NCBI GenBank assembly: GCA_016906335.1
Contig: JADEYG010000007.1
Coordinates: 1,116,001 to 1,180,000, forward strand
Source: Novakomyces olei
Taxonomy: Eukaryota
Direction: 5' to 3'
Length of the DNA stretch: 64,000 nt
In this document: positions 32,050 through 46,057 of the stretch, in pieces
How the letters are laid out: every line of letters starts with the position of its first letter
Numbering within the stretch: the stretch's first letter is position 1
Position numbers and translations under genes: made by a program
Notes under the pieces: model-generated
What the model saw: the letters and a program-made list of their open reading frames with translations, nothing else
Told to the model about the DNA's origin: nothing
Databases searched by the model: none

Positions 32050-34395
32050 CGCTCAAATCCGTAGTTCAGAACCCGAATCCCGACGGAACGCACGGCCGAG
32101 TTCTACCTTCTTTTTCCGGATCCAGAGAATATGAATTATATGCTATCGTAATATTATACTCACAGAGGTCACTGGGGTCAGAGCGCACATGGCAAATCCG
32201 ACAGAAAAAATATTAGAACAGAAAATAAATCTAAGACTTCAATATGTAGAAAACATCTCTGCAGAACTGACGGCCTTTTCCGTCAGCTAAATTGTTCGGC
32301 CGTGTAAACTTTCCGATTTAGAGCGGACCGTGCCCAAAAAAGATATTTCATGCAGGGGTCAACAGTGACACTCAAATGGTTTTAGCGAGATGCCTGCCGT
32401 TAACATAACTTAAATGACAGATCTGCCAAAATAGTATTAGCGTACCATCTTTTTGAGCGAGACTTCTTAACGCGCGATGACGGAGGACTATGAACGGAGA
32501 CATGTCCATACTTTTTGAAATTTAAAATTGTGATATGTTCATTCAAAAGTGCCTTGTCTGACCCAGGACTCTACTTCCCACTAATTTATGTCTGATATAA
32601 TGGGCTAATCTTTCTCGCTGTATTATTCGCGTTGACTACGATCCGTATCATTAGCGAAGAGACGACATAGAAACAAATTTATATCTCCAAATTTCGCGAA
32701 GCGTATTTATTTAAATTTTTAGATCTCAACCAAAGCATAACTAATCTTAGTCAGATATTTATAGTATAACTCCTTTGCGTGGCGCTTGTCGTAAACATAA
32801 TTGGATTAGGATTCGCCGTAAAATTGACCGTTCTTCGGCCATTGGCGGCTCCACACAACGCCAAATCTAATGCGCACGAGAAAGCTTTCTCATTCTCAAA
32901 AGTAGCATCGCACCAATAATTCGAGGCCTAAACAATTAGCCCGTAATGCCACTGACGGATATTTTACTCTATCACCGCCTTCAGCAGACGTGTTACTTGT
33001 TTATGTCTCATCGCTTGTGCTAATATTATCTCTTTCGATCATCTTACAGTTGAAGCAAAAACGGCGCAAACGCGCGGAAATGTCATACTAAATATAATAT
33101 TCGCGGGCTAAGCTCGATAATCATATCCCGTTGGACGATTCAAAAATTTATGTACACTTGTACTATTATGCACTCAAAATCTTTCCGGTTGCCACATAGG
33201 TAATCTAAAGCGCTACAGTGCAGATACTACTAGTGCCGTAATATATCGAAATAATTGCCCACCCGTTTATCGTCCCAAACGGGTATCGCCCAGCGCCCCC
33301 GCGTGTTCATGAGCCGCGTCCCTTTATAAGCTCGATTGGCCAGTGGTATACAAATTTCTTCCATTTTTGTTTTAGCTGCGATATTTCTGTACTAGTTTTA
33401 AAACAGAAAACTTCAGCTGCGCATATAATTCCCCCATTACATGTCATATACTGCGACGTCTGAAAGATATCAAAGCATTACTCCGGCAGGCAGAAATAAT
33501 TAGGGACACACCTCCCCTTAGTCCCTGTAAGAACACACGTGAGGAACACGTTTGACGTGCCCTTACCGTTTTGGGATCTGTAGTATAAATCACCAAGCCC
33601 CTGTATTTTTCATCGTCCAACCATTGCTCGCGCGATCTGGGTTTGCATTGCTGGGCGGTAAGGGCGGGTACGGCTATACGAATTCTTCCATCAGCGAAAA
33701 ATTTGTCCATTATTAATAAATTCTACTGTCCGCAACGTTTGGTTTGTTCGCACTACGTGCAGCTAGCGGGTACTATACTGGGCCAGCGATTTTCGACTTT
33801 TCTTACGCTTTTTAGAGCGCCATTCCCAGTTGGGCCACTTCATTCTCTATTGGACTGGACACATTAATATCGTTTTCGCGATTTTAAATACCCACTTTGC
33901 TCCTCTTTCCCCCAAACATATGAAAGGATTACTTATCTGCGACCTGTAGTCCTTTCAGTTTCACCTGTCGAATTAACAATATTATTTGTTGTTGATATCG
34001 TTGACATTACTGACACTGATAATTTTATGGTTATCTCATTTTATCTGATTATTCATTGACTTTGAACGCTGCCACCACATCGCTCTCTGTTTATGCTACT
34101 CGTCGTCCGTCTATCCTCGCCATTTCGTATACAGATTTTCGCTGCTTCCTTCAGATTTTGTCATCCTGCTGTTAGTTCTACTTGAATTATCAGGGTGGCG
34201 AACCCGCCCGCAAACGTGGGGAAGAACATCATACTCAAACGTGGGTTGAATAATTTCTTTTTGCGATTTGTTTTGCAGAATTTTCCCCTTGCTCCTTTCA
34301 CTTTATTTATCGCGTCGCAATGGCATACACTTTTTGCTCTAAATTCTGTCGTACTAAATTTCTATAGTTGGGTTTCTGTTCGGTCGCTCTGGTTA

Positions 34396-36357
34396 ATGAC
34401 AACTCCTTCTGGCTCCGGCCAAAGTACTAGAGACCACGATCAGGGGGACGATGATTCCGGGGAAGACTTAAATCCAGACCGACGTGCAGGTGAAAATCCT
34501 GCTTCAACTTTTAAAGATACCCAGAGTGATACGAGTGTCACATTACAAACTCTGTCTGGTACAGAGCAGAATCGTGCAGAACAAGAGCATTTAGATAATG
34601 AGCAATCAATTCAAATGTCTCTACACCGAACTGGTGCTTCACTCTCCATTGGAGCGCTTGTGACGGATGGCAGACGAGAACGGCGGCATTCTATTGGGTC
34701 GCAACCAGAACAATTGATACCCAGAGCAATGGGTCCTATGGGCGATGAAAATACAAACATTACGGATACGCCTTTTCCTGAAGAGACCAGTTCGTCATGG
34801 ATACAATCCGTACCTCCTTTATCGCCTTTAATATCGGTTTCGAACGCTATGAATGAGTAAGTTCACACGATTTTTGTTAATTTTGTGTTTTTTTTTTCCC
34901 AGAAGCAAACAGTTATTTGTCGGCATAATAATATGACGATATATGAAAGACGCGATATCCGATATTGGTTATTATATGATGCAAGATACGTTTCGTACAT
35001 ATATTATGTGATTTGGATATGCGAAGATACCGTCAATATTATTATACTATTATTTTACTTGTTTCTTGTCGTGCTTGTGCTCTACGTAGCTATTCATAAT
35101 GTGCAGCATAATGAAAACCACAGTATGTATCTGTGCGACACAATATGTAACAATATGAATCGTCGTTTGACACAAAATATCGATGTCGTTATAGGCCTTT
35201 TATATGTTTATGTCTATGCACAAATCTATGTTTGCACTGGCCTTTGCTTGGTGGATGTCTAACATGACAGTTTTGAATTGGAGATGTTTGTAGCTCAACA
35301 GCCAATGCATGCACGCATGTGCGGCTTTGGCGAAAAAGACCGGAGAAGCATTGATCCTCCTCCTATAGTACAGCTGAGAGTACGACATCGTGGTGGAAAC
35401 GCGGAAGCAGAACGCGCTGTATTACGCGACCCTTTACTTGTTGTGCATGCAAGTTTACTTGATGAGTCAGGACAAGAGGACCGCAGCCTTCTCGTTAATA
35501 GAAACATGCGATTTATACCCGTTCACAGCGATTTGGTTGCATCGAACCCCGTTGGCAGTGGTGCAGCCGGGGCTGCTCCAACTTTTATGGGCTCAGTTTC
35601 CTCTGCATCTAGTGAACAAACTGCTTCTGTAAGGGTTGGTGGCCCGGAGGACGAAAGCGCTCTTTTTTCAATACATAATGATCCTGTTTCTGCACCACTA
35701 TCTCCTCGATCGCAGCAGCACCAGCATCAACAAATGCCTCGGCAAGGAGCAGGAGATAGTGACGTCACTGCGGTTGATTTTGCAGGGCTTGAGGACGTCG
35801 GGGAGTCTGTTTCGTTAAACACACCGTCGAGCTCGAGTGGCTCGTTGCCCCAATTAACACGGGTGCTTATGGGCAATACTGTATCGTCGCCTGCAGTTAT
35901 AAATGATTCTGCCCAAGGGTTTGATGGGACTTTTTTCATTTTTCCTGATCTTTCAATACGAACAGAGGGCCGATATAGACTGCTGTTTAGTTTAGGATCC
36001 CTCTCTAGTATAATTGGACGGGAAGGTGCTGTACAAAAAATTTTGGCTCACTGTATCAGCGATGTTTTCACTTCGTATTCTGCTAAACGGTTTCCTGGAA
36101 TGACGGGTATTGATTATTACATCTACAACTATAGCTTTACATTTTGTTTTTTCCCTCAATTTTTATCATTTGGTCTGTTGATTTTAACAAGCGCAGAGAG
36201 CACAGCACTTACGCGAACATTTGCTCATTATGGCTTCCGAGTACCAATTCGAAACGACTCGCGACTGCGCCAGGTTGCTCAGCCTTCTCGGCCTGGAAGC
36301 AGAAGCGAACAGCGTCGAGCTTCCGATACGGGCGAGAATGAAGGGGGTCAAGATTGA
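34396..36357 (+). CDS. Velvet-domain regulator (VelB/VosA-like, split velvet domain), 3 exons
   Basis: Exons 34396-34856, 35271-36106 and 36197-36357; QQPMHARMCGFGEKDRRSIDPPPIVQL, RVLMG, GTFFIFPDLSIRTEGRYRLLFSL, SDVFTSYSAKRFPGMTESTALTRTFA, VPIRND. Confidence 0.9.
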
Positions 36358-38010
36358 ATACTTTCTTTTCATCATGACATACTCTTTCGTTTTACTGTTT
36401 TACATTGCATGCCAGAGCCAATAATAGCTTTGAGCCGCATGAGATACCTTTACTTTAACTTGATCCTTATTATTTTATTACTTTTGCTACTCGGTCGATT
36501 AGCTTATGACCCGCCGATTGTTAAAAAAGTCGAAACTTTAGCGTTACTGAATCAATCTTCCCGCGTTTCTTATTATTGTTATTATTTTTTTTGAAAAGTT
36601 CAAGCATTTACGTGGCATATTACAATAATGGTGCTCAAAATGTTGTTATAGCAACCCACAATTTGCTGCGCAAATAGCTCCAAGGAGTCTGTGAGGCAAT
36701 CATCACGAGGATATCAGTGAACATAATGAACTCTCGAAAATTGATGAACAACAAAATAAGCTGGTAATCACAGCAATCAAAACTTCTAACGAATTCATGT
36801 ATGATTAATAAACAAAATCAATTCTATAATTTCAGCAGACCGAAAAGACGGCTCATGATGGTCAATAATTATAGGCAAAACACAACGTAAATTGGGTGTA
36901 ACGTGGAGTCAATTTATACTTTATGTAACCATTTTAAATTATTTCTGTAAGCAGCTTTAGAAAGCAATAGAAAAACGAATCACGGTCGAATTCCTTGACT
37001 TTCTCCAACAGCTACGATCCCCGTTCTTCTGGGCTTTGACCCACATGTTACAAGCCGTCCTAATAAAGAGACTTGTGTCCTAGAACCATACGACCGGCGG
37101 CATAGAATGTCACGACAGAGCTGACGAGGAAAACGCCCCAGTAAGGAGTAAGCATAAACTTTGCACGCGGGTGGCGCTTCCACACGGGGACGTCCGGCTG
37201 TGACTGATACAGTTTCTGCATCTGCGGCACTCGGTCCGGCTGCTCATAAAAGCTTCTATATACAAAAGTCAGTCAATGGCGATGGATCAACCGCATCAAG
37301 AGCTTTACCGTGGAAACCAATGCTTGTCCATCTCGTATACTGCTTTTTCTCAGTGGTGGACTGATGACAATTTGGATCCAAGAGTCCTTTTTATGTACTT
37401 AATATTCGAGCAGGAACTGTGTATTAAAATGCAAAATACTGTATTCCGCCTAAATGGTAGGGTTTTCTATCAGTGATACTTGTGCTCGTTTTGATTGGCA
37501 GGGTTTTTCAAATAATATTGGTTTGCGAATTGTGTGGGCACATCAAGTCGGTATGAGAAAGATCGTACACAACACGATCCAAGTAATGCAAATGATTGAT
37601 TAGTTAAAGTAAATAAAGAATAATTATACACGGTGGATTAAGTCTAGCCGGCTCGGTACAGGGTTTTCCAGTATCACACGACCTCTAGCGCAACAAACAA
37701 ACGGGTCGTCGAGTCGAGAAAAGGGGTGCAAAAAAAGTGAAAAGAACTATTTACAGATGAAAGCCGCCTTCTGTTGCGAAGGGCTTTAAGTGGCAGCTTT
37801 CTACTCGCTGCTCTTGCAGGTTTGAATCCTATTGAGCTTGATATATACCGTTTCAGCCTTGGTTCCATTGCTTTGAAAGGAGCCAATCTGTTTAAACAGC
37901 AAGACTCGCCTTTTCCGATCTGCACAGGTCGGTACAGAGGCCGAAATTGTTGAATTGCGCTTGCCAGAGCTATTCTCGATTTTAAATTTAAATTTAAATT
38001 CAATTTCAAA

Positions 38011-39467
38011 ATGGCTTTCCGGTTTTCGTGGGACGAGTTCTCACCCTCGTTCATACATCGTGCAGAATCACTGCTTACAACTGCTCTCAATAAGGGCCGC
38101 ATGCCGCCTGCTATTGCCGACCGTATTGTGGTGAAAGAGCTAAATATGGGATCTATGGTAACTTTCCAAGAGGATGTTTTAGAGTACTGACTTTTTGTCA
38201 GCCGCCAGAGCTGGAAATTTTAGAAATCGGTGATCTTGCGGGCGATCGGTTTCGAGGCATTTTCAAACTGACTTACTCCGGAGACGCATCGATAAAGTTA
38301 CAGACTCGCATTCAGGCAAACCCGCTTAATACTTATACTACAGGCGACCCAGATTTCACCTGTCCACGCATGTTGGCAGCCAACATCCCTCTCGTCGTCC
38401 CCATGTTTTTATCGCTCAGTGATCTCAAACTAAACGGCATTATAATTCTCGTCTTTTCCAAGGTCAAAGGGGTCACATGCGTTTTCCGCAATGACCCGCT
38501 TGTTTCTGTGCGTGTCTCGTCTTCTTTTGATTCCATTACCACTATTGAACGGTTTCTACAACGCGAGATTGAGGCCCAATTGCGTACTACTTTTCAAGAT
38601 GAACTGCCTGCTATTATCCACCAGCTGAGTATGCAGTGGATCAACGCTAGTGATCACGTGCCTGTTTCTCCGAGTTTTGCTTGCTCTGACGAGGCAGATG
38701 CGTCTGCCAACTCTGCCCAATCAGCGTCTCGAACTCGACCTATTGCTCTGTCGGAAATTCGACCAGAATTAGGCCTTTCTTCCAAGAACGTTTTGCGCCA
38801 GGCTGCACTGGCAAATTCACACAAGACTCTGTCACCTTTTGCTCCGTGTATTCCTTTTTCTATATACAGATCATCTGTTGCCTTTAATGCTCCGCACTCT
38901 TTGCCGATGGATCGGTTAAGAGGGCTCACTCGGCCTCCGTACGCTCATTCTTCTACGCTCGGCTCCTCTTTCCACCGTCATACTGACTCTGAGTCAACTG
39001 TAAGCAGCCAAACGCCTTCTCACTGTCGCATGTCGCCCACATTATCCGAGTCTGGCGCCGATGAAATGTCGAGGACAAGCTCATACTCTTCGTCAATCAG
39101 CCAGAGTCAAGGCTGGCGGTCTGGACCGTTCCAAAAGCGTCGAACTGCCGCTCAAAGGAAGCACAGAGTCATCCGTATCAATCGTGAAGCTGCCTCACAC
39201 GAGGAGCATTTAGATTTACATATTAATGATCCTGTAAAACAGGGCAACGGGCAGTGCATTCGTCCGCCCGTCTACTCGGGAGACATTACCAAGCCGGTTC
39301 AACTGCAGCAGCAGAATCATCAGCGTCAGCATTATGACAAAACCAGCAGCCGTGAGACAAAGAGTCCACGTCATGATTCGGCAATGACTCAGCATGAAGC
39401 ACAGATTGATATGATGAAGCAGAGATTGCATGACAAACTGGTTGCTAATCATATGCTCAGGCATTGA
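38011..39467 (+). CDS. MDM34: ERMES subunit Mdm34 (SMP domain), 2 exons
   Basis: MAFRFSW...LTTALNKG...[23 protein letters not shown]...FRGIFKLTYSGDA...QANPL, VFRNDPL, FDSI. Confidence 0.93.
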
Positions 39468-39955
39468 TCGTTTCGCCTATTCCAGAGACCTCACTGAGAT
39501 ACCCTTTCACTTGCTAACTTTTTTCTTTAAATTTTTTTCTCCATAATTTTCTTCCTTGCGACGATTGATGTTCATATCAAGAATGTACGAATTCTCTCCT
39601 CACAGCACGGATTTTACTGTTGCCTTTTACTGACTGAGCTCGGCTATTGCAGCTGCTTGGTATAATGAATAGCGTTTAGTTGATGATGATGATGATTATT
39701 GTTATAGCGGTTTAATATTTTGACCCTTTCTACCTTGTTTATACTATGCCACATCCTCCATCTTTCAGCCTACAAATTCGAAACCGTAGTGTTCGCCATC
39801 AGAGCCTTTTAATTGCCATTATTAAATTTTATATAGTACACAAAGCGGCATTCGCCCATACTTTACCAGTCTGACTCGGCGCGGGCACTCTCTCCGCAGG
39901 CGCGATTCATGTTTGGGGGAAACAAGACATAATTCTAACAACAAAATGAACAAAC

Positions 39956-40114
<159 letters not shown>

Positions 40115-40224
40115 CAAACTGATCAATGAATGAATGAGTTTCCTATATGCAAAAACGAAAAGACACGAATCATCACCAAAAAACCTATAATAAACACGCC
40201 AAAATAATTGGGTATACATGCACA

Positions 40225-42743
40225 CTATTCAAAATCAAACTTGCTCCCCCACGCAGTCTCCAACCGCACACGCAGTTCGTGCAAATTCCTATAGAAAGCC
40301 TGCCGCTGCTCTTCATCCAGTGACCTAACGTCCTGCAATCTATAGGCAAAGAATTTTCGTATTGCTTGAGAAAAAAGCATAGGATCAAAAGGGATATCCA
40401 TCGTAGACTCGCGCCATTTACGAAGAGCAGCCAATAACTTGCAAGCTCCATCAGCTTCCTTGCTACTGGCAGACATTGTATCATAAGTATAACCAATATT
40501 GTACAGACTGGCGCGTAGCAGAACTCGTTGAATTCGCAGGCAAAGAACTCGAGATGGGCACTGAGCAAAGACTTTTGTTAAAAGCCAATCACACAATGAA
40601 ATCACCGTTCCCCACTCGCCAGCTGCAGAAAGCCGTACCAGGACTCGATGCCATACTTCTGGCTGAATACTCCTGCCCATCAAAGTCGCTCTGGCCAGCA
40701 GGGCAATCGCTGGTCCATACTGAAGAGTACTAGTCGCAACGGGTTGGCCAGTGCCTCTATTAATTTGATTGGTCTCTTGCACAAACTGGCCTTTGCTATA
40801 CTGCGCTTTTACGAGTGTCCCTTGTCGAGTCTTGAGCCGTGTAGACTGCCGCACCTCTGGGAAAAACCTCATCACTATACATTTAGCAGTGCTGTTTGAT
40901 ACAGGCAAGCTTTTCTGTTCCATCGCTGTCAGTATTTCTTCCAACTTTGAAACGGCTCCGCCTCTAAGGACTCGTGCCTGCAGCGCTTGGTTGTGCGTGT
41001 GAGTGTTATCGAGACCCATCCGTTCCAGCGCAGCGTGCTCCTGTTCGAAAAGAACAAATTGCCGTGACCGTATCAAAGCATCAGTGTAAGCACGGATAAT
41101 CGTTTCCACTGCCATTTGGCTGTGGCCGCCGAAATCCCCACGCACAGCCTGCTCCATACACTGCTGAGCCAATGACAGGTCGCGCTGTTTCACCAAGCAA
41201 GCAATCTTTTGTGCAGTGAATGCGTAACCCTCTGTGTTGAATCCGGCAGCCAAATCCTCTAATTCTGCCAATGAATTTGCGTACCTCCCGAGCACGCAAA
41301 GGCACTGGCTCCCTAATGTCAGAGGCACTTTTTCCTGCTCTACCAGCTCAAGATAGGATTTCTTTGCTGTTGGCCATGGGTGTGACTGCAGTAGGGCCGA
41401 TAGTATGAGTGCTGCCTCTGCCTCAGGCAGGGCAACGTCTTTTTGAGCAAGTAAAAGCTTTACGAAAACACTAGCGCTAGCAATGCCTCTAGCAAATTTA
41501 AGCAGAGCAGCCAGCGATGTGGGAGAAAAGTCCAGTGCATACTTTTGCGCCATTATCATTAGCGCCTCTACAATCTGCTCCGCAGCAGCAACTGTACCCG
41601 TTCGCGAGCGCTGTCTCTGACGCTCAAGGGCGCTTAAAAGGGGCATTGCGTCATCGAACGACGCGATTACGCGTCGACGCGCAAATACGCGAATGTAGCG
41701 TAGTGCCTGTGGGAACAGGCGGGCACGGAGCAAGAGTCGCAGCCCGGATTCGAACTCGTGACGGGATCCTATAGCCAACCGCTGAGCGGCACACTGTTGC
41801 AGGACATAGTCGATGAACCAGGACTGTGCTCGAGCAGCTTGCAGGATTGAGGGTCGTAGAGCTGCCAGTAAAGGCGCAATGCTCGTTGCACCAGAAGCTC
41901 GGTGCTCAAGCGTGTACGCTTGAGCGGCCGTACGAGCAGACTCGCGGTCACGTACTCGCAGGGATAAGTGTTTAGCCTTTGCAAAGAGATCTGTTTCTAT
42001 AGTCTGTGCTGCTGTCGGCACTGCCGACGGCCGCTGAGGAGTCGGCCGTCTCCTTGACGAATTTGTGGAGGAGCGGCAAGGCGGTCTGCCTTGCTTATGA
42101 GCGTCAACGTGGCCAAACGACGAGGGGGAGAGGATATCAAGGGTTGGCTCGCCAGCAGTGGCAGCTGATGAGACTAGACGACAAGCGTTGCAAGAAAGGT
42201 ACGGCAGCTAGAGGTTAGAAGAGTGAGCACGGCATAGACTTGGGACTGGCAAGTTTGGCAATAGCGCTGACTGAAATTGAAAAGACAGAGTATTGGATAA
42301 AAGATAAGGTTGAATAGTAAATAGCGGTGCAAGTGCATTGCACAGAGCAGACGTAAACACATAGAGACTTTAGCACATAGGGAGACTTGTCAAGACGCAA
42401 AGACATGCGCAAACAAGGATACAGAGGAAATAAAGTCAAGCGCAAATTATTAAATTAATTTAAATCAATGTAAATTCGACACCAATTAAAGCAAGTGGAA
42501 CATTAATGCAACGAATACATATGCGATATTTGCCGTCAAAAATTTGCGATATTCAAGGAAGATCAGGAATGAACAATCTGTACGAGCGGGACGGACGTAT
42601 CAATACGAATGAATAATCAAATTGTGGTCATTGAAAAAGAATCGAGTGCCCAAATCATATAAACTTTTGTTCGCTTTCCCTACCTGCCGTGGCACCCGGC
42701 AGCGCGATGCTGTACGCAATGCAGCAGCCAAAGTGGTATTCAT
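40225..42743 (-). CDS. Putative mitochondrial helical-repeat (PPR-like) protein, about 680 aa, 2 exons
   Basis: Exon 42743-42684 (MNTTLAAALRTASRCRVPRQ, presequence-like), phase-0 intron 42683-42208 (GTAGGG...CTAACCTCTAG), then an open frame to 40225. Degenerate PPR-like segments (AYTDALIR, THNQALQARV, EVWHRVLVRLS). The family call is inference. Confidence 0.6.
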
Positions 42744-42860
42744 AAAGAAAAATTGCCCAGTTGCCCATCACGTCATCCCACACCGCAACTGGACGCTCAT
42801 GCTTTGCAGGTACAATAAGTTTTGTTTGCTCTATTCGTCGAAGCAATTATTGAATATTAA

Positions 42861-42988
42861 GAATATTATTGAATATTATTGAATATTATTGAATATTATT
42901 GAATATTATTGAATATTATTGAATATTATTGAATATTATTGAATATTATTGAATATTATTGAATATTATTGAATATTATGAATATTAT
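42861..42988. repeat. (GAATATTATT)n 10-mer minisatellite, 11 perfect units plus degenerate flanks
   Basis: Directly visible, in a divergent promoter. Confidence 0.95.
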
Positions 42989-43167
42989 ACTGCCTACTGC
43001 CTAACTTTAATCTGCTGAAATGGCTTAATAATATACGGAACATTAATCACATTAAATAGTGTATCTATTGTACCGTACTTTCTCCATACTTTATCTCGCA
43101 CCTAATATCGGCTGTATATATAGAGCATTGACCACCCACATGAAAGTACCAAGCACGGCTCATCGTC

Positions 43168-45405
43168 ATGAGCTTTGAGAACAATAACCCGTTTGCCGCG
43201 GACGCGTGGTCCTTCAACCGTGAAAATGGCGGTACGAGTGCAGAAGCAGAGCCTGCAGACGGGTCAGTTGAGCAGGAAACGCAATTCTTACACGAACATG
43301 AGCAGCCGTCTGAACCCCAGCCTTTGCCCGCTCAGACGCCCGTACAAGGACGAGGTTATGCTCAGGCTACGAACCGTGTTTCCGCTCTGTTTCAAGCTGC
43401 GACAAATCCACAGATTATTGTCGTAGACGCCGGCAAGTCAATGGAAGGTTCAGGCAATTATATCACATACTCGATCAAAGTTGGGGTAGGCAATACCATT
43501 ATTTATCCCTACCCGCACTGACACAGTCAGGATTACGTTGTCCGACGGCGGTACTCAGAGTTTGACTCGCTCCGATCGAGCCTTATGCGTCTGTATCCTA
43601 CGGCTCTGGTTCCTCCTATTCCAGAGAAGCAGACTATTTGTACGCCAAGAATCAATACATTTTCGGGTGTTGCTAACATTTAAAAAGCCGACTACGCCGC
43701 GATTGGATCGTCCAAGCAGCGGGCAGAACAGATACTGGTGGAGCATCGGAAACGAATGCTGCAGCATTTTTTGAATCGCTGTGCTCAGCATCCCAAGCTC
43801 CGTGCAGAGCCTGTGTTTCACAAGTTTCTCGACAGCAATGTCTCCTGGGTAAGTTTGCTGCTTGCGAGATGTTGGTCTATGAGATAGGTTTCTGTTGTCC
43901 TTGTTGGGGGTGTTCAGTCAATTTTTCTTTGCAGATTTGTTTTTCTTTTTTGCTCTCTTTTAACGACATTGCTGTTGATGATTTTTATCCTTTCTCTATA
44001 CTTTACAATCGTTTCTGAAATGAAATTAATGACTGGATTTATTTATATTTTATATAGGAGTATGCTTTTGCCCAGTACTAATCTCCATTTTAGTCTGAAG
44101 TATTGTCGAGCCCGCCGTTATCATTATTACCAAAGAATATTCTACAAGCGCCACCTCTCGATCCTGCTTCAGCTGCTGATTCAGCTGCTCATAACAACTT
44201 GCCCACACCAGGGCCAGGTTCTCGCCCAAAGCATGCTGTAGATGAGGTTGAGCAATTCTTTCTCGACGCGGAACTTAAAGCTAAAGAGTACGAGCTCCTT
44301 ATTAACGGTGGCATGGAGAAATGTAATCGTCGCATTCTCAAACGGTTTTCAGGTAAGGCAACGCTATCTTCGAGATATTTTTAAGTTTATTTTGCTTTTT
44401 CTACATTATTGATTTCAAACGTCGTCTGCAAAGCTTCAAATAAATGGCAATATCTGATCTAATCATCACAGATTTAGCAAACGAATTGAACGAGCTGGGA
44501 GCAGCCTACAATTCCTTTTCGCTGCTTAATTCTGGTCCCCTTGCAGCTGGTATTGAGCGTATCGGACAGGCTTCAGATCAATCCTTTGTTCTTACAACAG
44601 AACTGGTACATTCGCTTTCTGTAGAATTGGAAGAGCCGTTTGAGGAATCTGCACAGATTGCAAATAATGTACGGCAATTGTTGAAGTATCGACGATCAAA
44701 GCAGCTACAATTGGCACTAACTGAACAATCACTGGCAACAAAACGCCAAACTCTAGAAACGTTGGAGAATTCTGAGCAGGAAGCAAAGCGCATTGAAGGA
44801 GCGCTTGGCCGACCGGCAACTACTTCTGGAGCAGAAGGCGGAGCCAATGATGGGGAAGAAACAGAGACAGAGCCTGTTCCAGAATATGTACGAGCTGCGG
44901 CTTTGCGCTCCTCATCGACGCCGACTTCTAAACGGTCGGGAAGCGGGGGCTTTAAAGTATTTGGAAAGATTAATAATGCAATACACGGAATGATGGATGT
45001 GGACCCGGAGGTTACGCGGCGCAATAATATAGGAAAGACCAAGGAGAAAATTACACTGGTAAGTACCTGCTTTACTGGTTTTTGGCCTACGAACCATTTA
45101 TTTTATAATTTATATTTGAATTAAATTTACATATTTTTCAAATTTTTTTTCTCATTTGTTGTAATTTTATTCAACAGCAATATCATGAATACTGACAAGA
45201 TCAGCTCGAACAGTCTCTAGAAATTGCCAAAGACGGGGCAAAACAGGCGTCAGATTCTATTAAAGAGGAGTTGGCCCAATACAACGAGAACCGTACTGCT
45301 GAGCTCGAGCATATTATTCAGCAGGTCGGAAAATGCTACATTGAATGGGCACAAAAGAGCTTGCAGGCTTGGGAAGATGCACAACGGGAAATTGCTAATG
45401 TCTAG
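43168..45405 (+). CDS. PX-BAR sorting nexin, Snx41/Atg20 group, multi-exon
   Basis: NNPF N-terminus, [79 protein letters not shown]. Confidence 0.88.
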
Positions 45406-46057
45406 TATTTGTAGTTTGCAGGGCGTATCATTTAGGCGAATAAATTATTCTATAATGCTGTAATAAATATGAATAGAATAGAAAGATTTCCTGTAGGTTA
45501 CGGTGATTGATCTCTTGTCTCGGAAGTCAATGGTGAGTGCTGACGCTTTAAGTTTTTTCCTTTCAAAAGGCTGAAACTGAGTACCCATGCTTGCCAGTGG
45601 TAACCCGTTTCCAAAATTAGGGTTAGGGCCAACAGGTGCATCATTTTGGTTTTGCTAGCAGAAGAGATCAAATTCACGCGATAAAACGCTCCATTTTCCC
45701 GACTCATCAAGAAGAATGACTAGCTCAACAAGTACAAGTAAATCTGGCGTAACAGTGAACCGAACCAGATCTCGAAAATAAAATAAAAGGCGATGAATTG
45801 GGCGACATCAACCACAAATTGACTACCTTTGCTATTCTTTTTTTTTTTTTTTTTTTGAACTCTATTTGATTAAATTTTATACTTTAAACACATTATACTG
45901 GAATACACGACAAATTGTTCATTTTGCAATTTGTAGGCGTCTGAAAACAACGAATAGATATGTAATACATACACGAGATCATCACGTGGGTCACACTACG
46001 TAAAATCAAACACAAATTTGGAACAAAACTGAAAGCACCAAGTCGGACGAGTTATGC

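Noticed and set aside
34195-34395. GTG-initiated hydrophobic N-terminal extension of the velvet protein
   Set aside because: T-rich, UTR- or intron-like composition; the first ATG at 34396 gives a normal start.
36600-37960. Hidden gene between the velvet gene and MDM34
   Set aside because: Only short ORFs without recognisable motifs or consistent splice signals.
42208-42683. Intron-encoded snoRNA in the long intron of the PPR-like gene (also checked in velvet intron 1)
   Set aside because: No convincing C/D box pair with terminal stem and rRNA-complementary guide, or H/ACA layout, could be seen by eye; snoscan or Infernal would be needed.
42861-42988. CRISPR-like array (also considered for the 16-mer at 54490)
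   Set aside because: The units are head-to-tail without unique spacers, there are no cas genes, and the context is eukaryotic.
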